Of a stretch of DNA of 64,000 nucleotides, positions 10,518-19,538 are shown piece by piece. Origin of the DNA: an uncultured Verrucomicrobiae bacterium (GTDB lineage Bacteria > Verrucomicrobiota > Verrucomicrobiia > Chthoniobacterales > Chthoniobacteraceae); the NCBI GenBank assembly GCA_963798345.1, contig CAWCSW010000020.1, positions 8,855 through 72,854 of the forward strand, written 5' to 3'. Below the pieces are notes generated by a model. It searched no databases. It was not told the DNA's origin and saw only the letters and a program-made list of their open reading frames with translations. Position 1 is the stretch's first letter. The number at the start of each line of letters is the position of its first letter. The position numbers and the translations under genes are program-made.

Positions 10518-10634
10518 GGACGATAGGCTAGTGGCCACGGATTAGATAGATGACGAGCAAAATCGGGAGAGGGATGCCAAGAACCCACAACAATGCGTAG
10601 CCAATCTTTCCTGATTCACTGATGAACTTGTCGA
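10518..10634 (-). CDS. Small hydrophobic protein (38 aa), candidate
   Basis: ATG at 10634 (minus strand) to TAG at 10520-10518. Encodes MKHIDKFISESGKIGYALLWVLGIPLPILLVIYLIRGH, one predicted TM helix. Not in the ORF track because it is under 60 aa. Divergent from the response-regulator gene. Confidence 0.3.
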
Positions 10635-10855
10635 TGTGTTTCATAACGTAATCTGAATCGCTCCGACCTCATTTTCGGACGTGCGCTTTAAACAAAAAGA
10701 GAAGCCCCCCTGCTCGAACCCGAGAAGGCATGCCGAGTTTTCCATTACTTCGGGTGCCACAATCCCTACCGCCAGAGATAGCCCCTTTTGCGATTAACAA
10801 CACAACACCCCTAATTCGCCGGGCGGTCACGTCCGGAACGGCGGTGATTATCACC

Positions 10856-11500
10856 ATGTCTAACTCCCCGCTCTCTGAAAACCGAACGCGCATCTTGATC
10901 GCCGAAGATCACGCCAAAACGCGCGAGGCCCTGCGCTCCTTGCTGGAGATTAAAGCTTTTGACGTAACCTCCGTCGCCACCGGCAATGAAGCGCGCGAAG
11001 TTCTCACATCGTTCGACACACCCTGCATTGCTCTTGTCGATTGGGAAATGCCGGGTGCTTCCGGCTTGGATGTCTGCCGGGCCGTCCGTGCTCATAAGTC
11101 CGATCGCTACGTTTACCTTATCGTCATCACGGCACGTGATGGCGAAGAAAGCATTAACCAGGCAATGGCCGCTGGTGCCGACGATTTCATTCCGAAGCCA
11201 TGCGGAGTGTCCGAGCTTCTCGCCCGGGTACGGAACGGCGAGCGGACCGTCGCCTTGCAACGCAATCTCGCGATTCGCATTGCTGAATTGGAGGAAAGCG
11301 CTGAGCGCATGCGTCAACTGAAGCGTCTCCTGCCAATCTGCATGTATTGCAAAAAAATCCGCGATGACTTGGACTACTGGGAGGAGATTGAGGTCTATAT
11401 CCGGGAACACACAGGAACGAATTTTTCCCACGGAATCTGCCCGAGTTGCATGGCGAACGAGATTGGCGAACTGAGCGCTAAGAGGTTACCGGGCACTTAG
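10856..11500 (+). CDS. Response regulator: REC domain plus C-terminal Cys/His-rich (zinc-ribbon-like) domain
   Basis: REC motifs RILIAEDHAK...ALVDWEMPGASGLD...KP. C-terminal LPICMYCKKIRDDLDYWEEIEVYIREHTGTNFSHGICPSCMANE, a four-Cys motif. Start chosen at the internal ATG at 10856. The 3' end overlaps the convergent kinase gene by 15 nt. Confidence 0.75.
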   Translation: MSNSPLSENRTRILIAEDHAKTREALRSLLEIKAFDVTSVATGNEAREVLTSFDTPCIALVDWEMPGASGLDVCRAVRAHKSDRYVYLIVITARDGEESINQAMAAGADDFIPKPCGVSELLARVRNGERTVALQRNLAIRIAELEESAERMRQLKRLLPICMYCKKIRDDLDYWEEIEVYIREHTGTNFSHGICPSCMANEIGELSAKRLPGT

Positions 11501-13267
11501 CCGGTCGATCGTCTCCTTTAGTCGATCAGCGGCGACTGGCTTGACGATATGAGCGTTGAATCCGGCGTCCTTTGTTTGTTCCAAGTCGGACTCCATGCCG
11601 TAACCGGACATGGCAATCGCGGGGATATCGCGGTCCCGCCGGAGCTTGCCCAGCAAGTCCATCCCCGTGCCATCAGGCAGGCCCACATCGCTGAGCAACA
11701 GTTCCGGGTCGAAAGCCGGTGCATACTCGATCGCCTGGGTCATCGTTGCGGCATGCTTCACGACATGGCCCCAGCGGCTGAGTAAACGTTCGAGCGCGTT
11801 GCGGGTATCTTCATGGTCTTCGACGAGGAGGATACGGAGCGTGCGCACCGTGGGCGTGACGGGCAGTGACATGCCCGAAACCTTCGGCGCCGCCGGCGGT
11901 ATAATCGTCGCCAGTTCGATGGTGAATGTCGCCCCGTGATCCTTGCCGGCGCTGAACGCCGTGATGCGGCCGCTGTGCGCTTCGACCAGCCCTTTCGCAA
12001 TGCTCAGGCCCAGACCAACACCACCGAAGCGTCGCATTGTGGAATCTTCGCCCTGCTGAAACGGCTCGAAGATACGGGAGAGCATCTCGGGGTCAATGCC
12101 GATACCGGTGTCCGTGACGTCGATGCGCACCGTTTCCGGCGTGGGATTCACGGTGCGAACGGTGATGCTTCGTTCATTCGGAGTGAATTTCACGGCGTTA
12201 AGGATGAGGTTCCAAAAAATTTGTGCGAGCCGCGCACCATCGCCCTTCACATGACGCTCGGTCGCATCAAGGTGTAAGGCGATTTCCGAGCGCTTCTGAT
12301 TCGCCGCGGAACGGCACATATCTGCGGCGTGCCGAATTGTTTCATGAAGGTCGATGGTGGAAAGATGCACCTCCAGCTTGCCTTTGCTGATTCTGGTGAT
12401 GTCGAGCAGATCATCGACGAGCCGCGCTTCGAGTTCAATGTTTCGGCGAATCAGCGAAAGCGACTCGCGTAGCTCTTGGGGATCGATCTCTGTCGCGTTT
12501 TCCAGATTGCTGGCGGCTGCTAAAGCGGGCGTGAGGGGCGTGCGCAGTTCATGACTGAGCACGGCGAGAAACTGATCCTTTGCGCGATTGGCGGCCTCCG
12601 CGGCCTGCTTCGCGCGCTCCAGCTCACGGGCGTGGACGGTGACTTCCTTGGCCATGTGCGCGAGGTCGTGAGTCCTCTCACCATTGGCAGCTGTGTGGGC
12701 GCCGAGGGCCGCGGCTGTGAAATACGCTGAGGGAGCAGCGTCCGTCGCCTTTTTATAGAGTTCCGCCAGTACAGCGTAGGCTTTCTCCAGTTCGGACTTC
12801 CGTTCCGCGGCAAGGCGTGCCGACTGCAACACCGAGCGGATTTTCGGCACCAGCGGGGGGAGCAAAAGCGCGGTAACCAGCGAGGCCGTTGCCGTAAGCA
12901 ATTTCACCCAGCCGGAGAGCCAGTAGCGAGGATGCGGCGACTGCAGCGTCCAGACTTCCATGAAGTGCGTGGCCCCGCAGGCCACAATGAAGAGCGCGAA
13001 AGCCAGCATCATCCAATGGAACGGCAGCTCCTGCCGCGCTCGGAAGACGAGATAGATCAGCGTCGTCGAGATTGCGACGTAGGAGAATCCGATGACGAGA
13101 TCCGACCAACCATGCAGCCTCATCAGGTCGCGGTTGAACAGGTAGCAATGCGCGTGCGGCATGAACATGTCCGTCCCGGAATCATGAAAGGCGGCCGCAA
13201 CGATGGCCCCTAACGCGAGGGCCACGGCGACCAGGGCTATGACAGACCGAACGCGCGCTTGGTTCAT
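11486..13267 (-). CDS. Hybrid histidine kinase with N-terminal ethylene-binding-domain (ETR1-like) membrane sensor
   Basis: N-terminal TM region TLIYLVFRARQELPFHWMMLAFALFIVACGATHFMEVWTL aligns with Arabidopsis ETR1 [39 protein letters not shown]. That includes the Cu(I)-ligating Cys65/His69 motif (CGATH) and the upstream D and Y positions (WSDLVIGFSYVAIS vs ISDFFIAIAYFSIP). Followed by HisKA (AKDQFLAVLSHELRTPLTPAL), HATPase and a C-terminal REC. Confidence 0.85.
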   Translation of the reverse strand: MNQARVRSVIALVAVALALGAIVAAAFHDSGTDMFMPHAHCYLFNRDLMRLHGWSDLVIGFSYVAISTTLIYLVFRARQELPFHWMMLAFALFIVACGATHFMEVWTLQSPHPRYWLSGWVKLLTATASLVTALLLPPLVPKIRSVLQSARLAAERKSELEKAYAVLAELYKKATDAAPSAYFTAAALGAHTAANGERTHDLAHMAKEVTVHARELERAKQAAEAANRAKDQFLAVLSHELRTPLTPALAAASNLENATEIDPQELRESLSLIRRNIELEARLVDDLLDITRISKGKLEVHLSTIDLHETIRHAADMCRSAANQKRSEIALHLDATERHVKGDGARLAQIFWNLILNAVKFTPNERSITVRTVNPTPETVRIDVTDTGIGIDPEMLSRIFEPFQQGEDSTMRRFGGVGLGLSIAKGLVEAHSGRITAFSAGKDHGATFTIELATIIPPAAPKVSGMSLPVTPTVRTLRILLVEDHEDTRNALERLLSRWGHVVKHAATMTQAIEYAPAFDPELLLSDVGLPDGTGMDLLGKLRRDRDIPAIAMSGYGMESDLEQTKDAGFNAHIVKPVAADRLKETIDRLSAR

Positions 13268-13288
13268 AATGTGGGGAGTAAAACAAGA

Positions 13289-13975
13289 CTAGGTCATCCG
13301 GCGAGGCACAACCGCAGAAAAGTCGCCAAAGGGCAGCGATTCGTCCTGGTAGAGGTTGCTCGAGCCAGTCAAACGTCCCACGAGGTCGGCGGTCTGCGAA
13401 TCGTCCCCTTTCCAGTAAGTGTCGCGCAAATTCTCCGGCAGTTCCCTCCACAGCTTCGAGGACCCTTTCACTTGAGCTTCGTCGGTTATGGTTTCCGCCA
13501 TCGGTCGCCTCAAGCCCTTGTCCCTCCCCCAGTCGAATGGGTCATCCACGACCACAGATTTCCGCCTGAGGTGAGCATTGCCGCGATCGGCTGCCTGGTT
13601 GTCTTCATCGCCGGCGATTACGTTGGCGAACATTTCCTCGCCTTATTGAAAGCCGCCGTTGATCGCCTTCGCATACTGGTCAAGCAGGAGCTTCTTCGCG
13701 CTGAAGCGATGGCCATTCTCGGGCTCATACGGCCCATGAACCTGAAATCCGTAGCGGGTGCCAGGATTCGCGTTGGGAAGATACCCATGCTAAATTGCAT
13801 CGGTCTTCTCAGGAAGCGGGATCTGAGCGGTTTCGCGCGCCGGATCGTTCGGATCGAAGAGGCAACGCTCCACCTTGCTCGCTTGCGCGCCGACGATGGC
13901 GAAGTTCGTGCCGTCGCCGTCGAAGGTGGCCCCGAGAGGATGTGAGATACCCTGGTAGATGCGGAGTTTGTCCAT
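13289..13975 (-). pseudogene. glgX: Glycogen debranching enzyme GlgX/TreX (isoamylase-type) N-terminal remnant, frameshifted and 3'-truncated
   Basis: N-terminal MDKLRIYQGISHPLGATFDGDGTNFAIVGAQASKVERCLFDPNDP matches the GlgX N-terminus. Homology continues in two other frames ([22 protein letters not shown]; ETITDEAQVKGSSKLWRELPENLRDTYWKG). It stops about 230 aa in, directly abutting the kinase start at 13267. Confidence 0.6.
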
Positions 13976-14481
13976 GGATTTGTGCTAGATTGATCACCCA
14001 ATCGGATCGGCCCTCGATCACGGACGGATGGGAATCTTCAGCGCGCGATGGGATTGGACTGCTTTGCTTTTCAAGGTCGCTACTTCCTCACCGGGTGGGC
14101 TCAAGCCAATGGGAACACCAGCGTTGTCACGAGCGTGCCGTTTGGAAGATAGCTGCAGCTGATTTTCCCGCTATGCGCCGCGAAGGTTTGAGCCGCCTAC
14201 CAAAGGCCGCGACCATAGCCGGCGCGCTTCGTGGACACGAAAGGCCTTTCGCGCCGGGACGTCTGGAAGCTCTACGGAGGTAGCGGGCACGGTGGACGAT
14301 CCGCGCGGAAGCAGCAGTTTGGCCGCCGAAGATGCTAGGCTGTCCAAGTGCATTGTCGCGAAACGCCAAGTGCATAATTTTGCAACACCAGCGAGAACCG
14401 AATAATGGCTTCTACAGAGAAAACTCTCCCTGGCACGCGGGCGGCAAATAGGGGTTGGCGAACCAATAACCACCACCGACT

Positions 14482-15123
14482 ATGCTTTACGAATTTGATG
14501 ATCAATCGAACCCTGCCCCCTCCACGGCAACGACCGTCGATCGTTCCGACGAAGAGCTGATGCAGCGCATTCAAAATCACGACGAAACGGCTCTGGCCAC
14601 GCTCTATCGCCGCCACACTCCGCTCTTGCGGACGATCGCCGCCCGCATCGTCAACAACAATGCTGACGTGGATGACCTGATTCAGGAGATCTTCGTTGAA
14701 ATCTGGAACCGTGCGGGGAGTTACGAAGAGGCCAAGGGCAAGGCGATCGGCTGGATTGTGACGCTGGCCCGCCGCCGCGGGATCGACCGCATGCGCCGGA
14801 ATCAAGCCTACTCGCGAGCCGGGGAACGCCTGCGCGAAAGCGCTGCGGGCGATGCTGAAGCGATGCATCCCGCGACCGATGCGGAGGCGATGAACGGGGA
14901 CACCGCGGAAATCTTCCGACGGATTCTCGATAGCCTCCCCGCCGCCCAACGCGAGGCCATCCATCTCGCCTATTACGCCGGCCTCAGCCAGCGTGACATC
15001 GCCCGCCTCACTGGCATTCCCCTCGGCACCATTAAAACTCGTCTAGAACTTGCCGTGTGCAAAATCCGCGCCGGCATCCTCGCACTTGGCGGCGAGGCGG
15101 AGTGGCGCATTGCGCACGCCTAA
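14482..15123 (+). CDS. ECF-family RNA polymerase sigma factor (sigma-70 regions 2 and 4)
   Basis: Region 2 DLIQEIFVEIWNRAGSYEEAKGKAIGWIVTLARRRGIDRMRR. Region 4 LPAAQREAIHLAYYAGLSQRDIARLTGIPLGTIKTRL. No anti-sigma gene is visible next to it. Confidence 0.8.
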   Translation: MLYEFDDQSNPAPSTATTVDRSDEELMQRIQNHDETALATLYRRHTPLLRTIAARIVNNNADVDDLIQEIFVEIWNRAGSYEEAKGKAIGWIVTLARRRGIDRMRRNQAYSRAGERLRESAAGDAEAMHPATDAEAMNGDTAEIFRRILDSLPAAQREAIHLAYYAGLSQRDIARLTGIPLGTIKTRLELAVCKIRAGILALGGEAEWRIAHA

Positions 15124-15185
15124 ATGCTCCCCACTAAAAGCGCCCGTCGTCAGCCGCGGAAGCGGCAGGCGGCGGGCGGCTCGCT

Positions 15186-16688
15186 TTACTGCCCGATCCC
15201 AAACCGCCGCATCTTCGCGTAAAGCGTCGGGCGGTGAATTCCCAAGATTGCCGCGGCTTGCTTTTTGTTGCCCTGCGTCTTGCGCAACGCCGCCAGCACA
15301 GCCTCTTTTTCCACTTCCTCCAAGCTCCCGGTCGGTAGCGGCGGTACTCCCGTGAGCATTGGGGCAGCCAGTTCGGGCATGCGGATTTCTCGGGGCAGGC
15401 ATTTGGCCCCGAGCAGTGGCCCCTCGCACAAGACCAGCGCGTGCTCGATCGCATTTTGCAGTTCCCGGACATTTCCCGGCCAGCCATACACTCGGAGCAT
15501 CTCCAGCGCTTCGGGGTCCAACTGTGGAAGATGCTTGCGGAGCTGGTTGGCAAAGCGGTGGAGGAAAGTATCGACGAGTTTGGGAATGTCTTCGCGACGC
15601 TCCCGCAGCGGTGGTATTTCGATCTCGAACGTTTTCAATCGATAGTAGAGATCCTCCCGCAGCCGACCTTCCCTGACCGCCAGCCCGATCGGACGATTGC
15701 AGGCCGCGATCAGTCGAAAGTCGGCGCGGATATTCTTGGTCGTGCCCAAGGGCCGGAACTCGCGCTCTTGCAGCACGCGCAGAAAACGCGTCTGCAGCTC
15801 CAACGGCATCTCGGTGATCTCGTCCAGAAATAGCGTGCCGCCTCGCGCCTCGGCGAGCATCCCCGGAAAGGCGACGACCGCTCCCGTGAACGCACCCCTG
15901 GCGTAGCCGAAGAGTTCCGCCTCGATCATGTTCGCGGGGAACGCCCCGCAATTCAGTTTGATCATCGGTCCGTCGCCACGCTCGCTATGTCGATGCACCT
16001 CGCCGGCATACACCTCCTTCCCCACGCCGCTTTCGCCGGTCAGCAAAATGTTCGCCTCGCTCGGGGCGATCCGCGCGATGAGTTGCTCGACCTCCCTCAT
16101 CCGCCGACTGATCGCCACCGGGGCGAGTTTTTCCTCAGCCGCGCGCAGCCGCTTCTCCAGCGATTCGTTCGCTGCGGTGAGCGTCTCCGTTTGCCGCACG
16201 AGATCACGTTGCTCCAGTGCCCGCGCGCACAAACTCAGCAATTCCTCAGCCGCATACGGCTTGGATAGAAAATGGAACGCCCCGAGTTTGATCGCCTCGA
16301 TGGCATTTGCGAGCGTGTCGTTGGCCGTCAGAATCATCACCGGCAATGCCGGGGTGTCCGCCTTCAGCCGTCGTAAAACGTCGAGGCCCTCCGCATCGGG
16401 CAGTCCGAGATCGAGCAGTACCAGATCCGGTTTGACCTCCTCGACCTTCTTCCTCCCCAAGGAGGCCGTCGGCCCCACGTGAACCTGATAGCCGTGCCGC
16501 TCCAGAATCGAGGAGAGCGTCGCCTGAATCGTGCGCTCGTCATCGATGACGACGATCTTTTTGCCCGACTCCGTCACTAACGCGGCAGAATCGGTTCCCG
16601 TCGAAGCGTAGTTTCCGTCGGCGGCAGGAAGGGCAATTCTTTCATGTGTGATCTGAGCTTTCATTTTCTCCAGCTCGTACTTCGGCAC
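15186..16688 (-). CDS. Sigma-54-dependent transcriptional activator, NtrC family (REC - AAA+ - HTH)
   Basis: REC (VVIDDERTIQ...LLDLGLPDAEGLD). AAA+ sigma54-interaction domain (ILLTGESGVGKEVYAGEVH, GAFTGA, ELFGY). C-terminal Fis-type HTH (GNKKQAAAILGIHRPTLYAKMRRFGI). Confidence 0.85.
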   Translation of the reverse strand: MPKYELEKMKAQITHERIALPAADGNYASTGTDSAALVTESGKKIVVIDDERTIQATLSSILERHGYQVHVGPTASLGRKKVEEVKPDLVLLDLGLPDAEGLDVLRRLKADTPALPVMILTANDTLANAIEAIKLGAFHFLSKPYAAEELLSLCARALEQRDLVRQTETLTAANESLEKRLRAAEEKLAPVAISRRMREVEQLIARIAPSEANILLTGESGVGKEVYAGEVHRHSERGDGPMIKLNCGAFPANMIEAELFGYARGAFTGAVVAFPGMLAEARGGTLFLDEITEMPLELQTRFLRVLQEREFRPLGTTKNIRADFRLIAACNRPIGLAVREGRLREDLYYRLKTFEIEIPPLRERREDIPKLVDTFLHRFANQLRKHLPQLDPEALEMLRVYGWPGNVRELQNAIEHALVLCEGPLLGAKCLPREIRMPELAAPMLTGVPPLPTGSLEEVEKEAVLAALRKTQGNKKQAAAILGIHRPTLYAKMRRFGIGQ

Positions 16689-16998
16689 GCGGCGGTCGGT
16701 CGGTTGTTCAATCAGATCTTCGAGCAGAATTTTTCGTTTGGTCCCCTTGCCCGAACGTTCAAACTCGATCCAAAGATCCGACTGCTCGCTCTAGGCGACA
16801 AAGACTTGAGGCCCGTTCGGGATTCATTCGCAAGTTAGTGGGTCGGTCACTTTGCGGACTATCCTCGGTATCCCGCACGCGGCAGCAGGTCGTAATTCTT
16901 GAGAAGTCGCCACTTGCGACACGTGGCTGCCTTTCCTGCTTGGAGGACAAGCGGTGCTTCTTCGGGGTCAAACCCGACCTCTGATTCGATAAACCGGC

Positions 16999-17906
16999 AT
17001 GCTCAACGAACTCTGGTATCGAAATTCCATCATTTACAGCCTTGATGTCGAAACCTTCATGGATGCCAATCACGATGGGATCGGCGACTTCGAAGGCCTG
17101 AGCCTCTCGCCCAGGCTCTCAAGGCAACACGTGAGGTGCCGCCAGGTGCGCAATGGTGCCACTTTCTCCGTAACCACGATGAGCTCGATCTCGGACGTCT
17201 GACCGAGAAACAGCGGGAGAAGGTCTTTGCGCGCTTCGGCCCGGAGAAGGATATGCAGCTTTACGATCGCGGCATTCGCCGCCGCCTCGCACCGATGCTG
17301 GGCAATCGCCCCCAGCTGGAACTCGCGAACAGCCTCGCCCTTTCGCTACCGGGCACGCCGGTGCTGCGCTACGGCGATGAGATTGGCATGGGCGATGATC
17401 TTGACCTCTCGGAGCGCAATTCCGTCCGCACGCCTATGCAGTGGAGCAACGAAATTAACGGCGGTTTTTCCACCGCGAAGAAAACGGTTCGCCCGGTGAT
17501 CGAGAAGGGCAGCTATGGATTTTCACGGGTGAACGTGGAAGCGCAGCGGCGGGAGCCGGATTCGTTCCTGACCTGGACGGCGGCGATGATCCGCCTGCGC
17601 AAGGAATGTCCCGAGATCGGAATGGGCGCCTGGAAAATGGTGGAGACGAAGTCGAAGTCGATCCTCGCTTTGCAATACGAGTGGAGGGGCAGTTCCGTGG
17701 TGATCATGCACAATTTCGCTTCGTCTCCGCAAACGGTCCACATCCGGCCGGAAGGAGGTCGCGAGCACGGCCTCGTGGATCTGATTGAGCGCCAGGAGAG
17801 CGCGGCTGACGGCAGGGGCGAACACGAAGTTGCGCTCGACGCGCCCGGCTACCGCTGGTTCCGCGTCGGGCCGCTAACGCAAAAGCTCGGCCGCAAGCGG
17901 GCGTGA
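16999..17906 (+). pseudogene. treS: Trehalose synthase / GH13 alpha-amylase-family gene remnant with a roughly 300-codon internal deletion
   Basis: N-terminal 35 aa MLNELWYRNSIIYSLDVETFMDANHDGIGDFEGL (GH13/TreS N-terminus) join, in a different frame, to a TreS-like C-terminal half (WCHFLRNHDELDLG...LSLPGTPVLRYGDEIGMGDDLDLSERNSVRTPMQWS...). The catalytic core is missing. The junction lies at a 6-bp inverted repeat at 17100..17118. Confidence 0.65.
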
Positions 17907-18170
17907 GACCGCGCCGAGATCGCGTTAATAGGTGTCCATGCCTTATGCGATTGCGTTGTACTTCGATGGGGCAAATGAGACTCGGTTGTTCGCTCTTCGG
18001 GATGCATTTGCAGGTCTTCATCGCCAATCTCGAATCTGGAACCGCAGCACCACGCATGGCGGTCCGGTCGAGTCGGCCACAGCTGCAGATTGATAAATGC
18101 CACCCGCCGGATTGCAGTCGATCCGGAACTTCAGCAAGTCCGCAGCGCTGCGTTGCCGCGATCCCCTAAC

Positions 18171-18404
18171 ATGCCAAAGTGCGAAGTTTGTGGAAACGAA
18201 TACGACAAAGCCTTCGAGGTCATCCTCGCGGGAAAGAGCCACATCTTCGACAGCTTTGAATGCGCGATCCACGCGCTTGCGCCGAAGTGCCCGTCTTGCG
18301 GCTGCCGCATCATCGGCCACGGCGTCGAGGAGGCTGGGGAAATCTTCTGCTGCGTCCACTGCGCACGCTCCGATGGGCGCACGAAATTGAAGGATCGCGC
18401 ATGA
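18171..18404 (+). CDS. Small Cys-rich putative metal-binding protein (two CxxCG motifs)
   Basis: MPKCEVCGNEYDKAFEV...FECAIHALAPKCPSCGCRIIGHGVEEAGEIFCCVHCA, with 10 Cys in 77 aa. Start taken at the internal ATG at 18171. The stop (TGA 18402-18404) overlaps the ATG of the next gene (ATGA). Confidence 0.5.
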   Translation: MPKCEVCGNEYDKAFEVILAGKSHIFDSFECAIHALAPKCPSCGCRIIGHGVEEAGEIFCCVHCARSDGRTKLKDRA

Positions 18405-18868
18405 CCCCCGCGCTGGTGCTCATCGCGCTGCTCACCGGGCGCGCGGTGAAGGTGCCAAGCATGGCGGGCGAACTCGTCTCCGGCGTGCTGGAAGAAAGCG
18501 CTATCGCGCTCGGGCTCTCCACGTTTTTCCTCGGCGTAATCGTCCTCGCCGTGGTCGGTAACGCTGCAGAGTATGTGGCCGCGGTATATTTCGCGCGGAA
18601 AAACCAGATGGGCCTCGTGATGAGCATCACTGTCGGCTCCACCATCCAGGTTGCGCTGCTACTGGCGCCGCTCCTCGTCATCGTCTCGCACTTTTTGGGA
18701 AAGCCGATGAATCTCGTCTTTGAAAACCCGCTGGAACTCGTCGCCATCGCCGGCGTCACCTTCGCCGTGAATGCCATCGCCGAGGACGGCGAGACGACGT
18801 GGTTTGAAGGGGTGCTGCTGCTCGCCGTCTATGTCGTTCTCGGCATGGCGTTTCTTTTGGTGAAATAG
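18401..18868 (+). CDS. Half-size Ca2+/cation antiporter (CaCA family, single alpha-repeat), possibly truncated
   Basis: 155 aa with about 5 TM segments and one CaCA alpha-repeat signature (GNAAEYVAAV). Full CaCA/ChaA proteins carry two such halves. No N-terminal half is present in any frame upstream. Confidence 0.6.
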   Translation: MTPALVLIALLTGRAVKVPSMAGELVSGVLEESAIALGLSTFFLGVIVLAVVGNAAEYVAAVYFARKNQMGLVMSITVGSTIQVALLLAPLLVIVSHFLGKPMNLVFENPLELVAIAGVTFAVNAIAEDGETTWFEGVLLLAVYVVLGMAFLLVK

Positions 18869-19126
18869 TTTGGGCTCCCGCCATCAAGTCCTTCGCTATC
18901 GATCCACCACCCCCTCTTCCCTCTCCTCAATCTCCAGGTCGCCGTTGCGGCGGCCACCGGGCCGGGCGATCACACGGTCGTAGTCTTCTTCGCGAAAAGC
19001 GCGCAGCTGATTTTCGTCGGCAGATTCCTCGGCGAAGCCATTCAGCCCATCCGCCAGCCCGCAGTCATTTGGCAATTGCTCGCGCCGACTTTGCTATCCC
19101 ATTATCTCTTTGCAGGGTCTAGTACT

Positions 19127-19250
19127 TTAGGTGGCGCGTTTAGGATGGGAATTGCCATCGTGCGCCAGCTTATCGCGTTGTACGGTGGCACCACGTCCGC
19201 CGCCACCGCGGGTTCCAGACTGGGAAGTGAATTAATGGTGCGGCTTCCGC
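19127..19250 (+). pseudogene. Remnant of a histidine-kinase HATPase C-terminus
   Basis: GGAFRMGIAIVRQLIALYGGTTSAATAGSRLGSELMVRLP resembles the G2-box end of the local kinases ([38 protein letters not shown]). No upstream kinase sequence is present. Confidence 0.3.
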
Positions 19251-19538
19251 CGACTAGGCGCCCGTCGTCCCAAATACCGCTCATACGCCGCACGCGCTTT
19301 TTTGCGGCAGCCCAAGGCGGCCAGACACCGCGTGCAAGAATTCTCGTGGAGGTAAGATCAGCAGGAATCCTGCCGACGCCATTTCACTGAATTGACAATC
19401 CTTCTTCGTTTCGCTTCCTATCATGTAACAATCGGCGCTGAAGGATCAGTTTGGCGCGCACGCCAGGAACGGGTCGAGCACGCCGAGAGCGGCTCCAAAA
19501 GGGATTGTGGCGCTGCCGCCGCGGCGTGCTTTCACTTC

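Noticed and set aside
16890-16960. Possible sigma-54 (-24/-12) promoter upstream of the treS remnant, near the NtrC-type activator
   Set aside because: TGGC...TGC elements are present but the GG-to-GC spacing is off by 1-2 nt from the consensus in both candidates.
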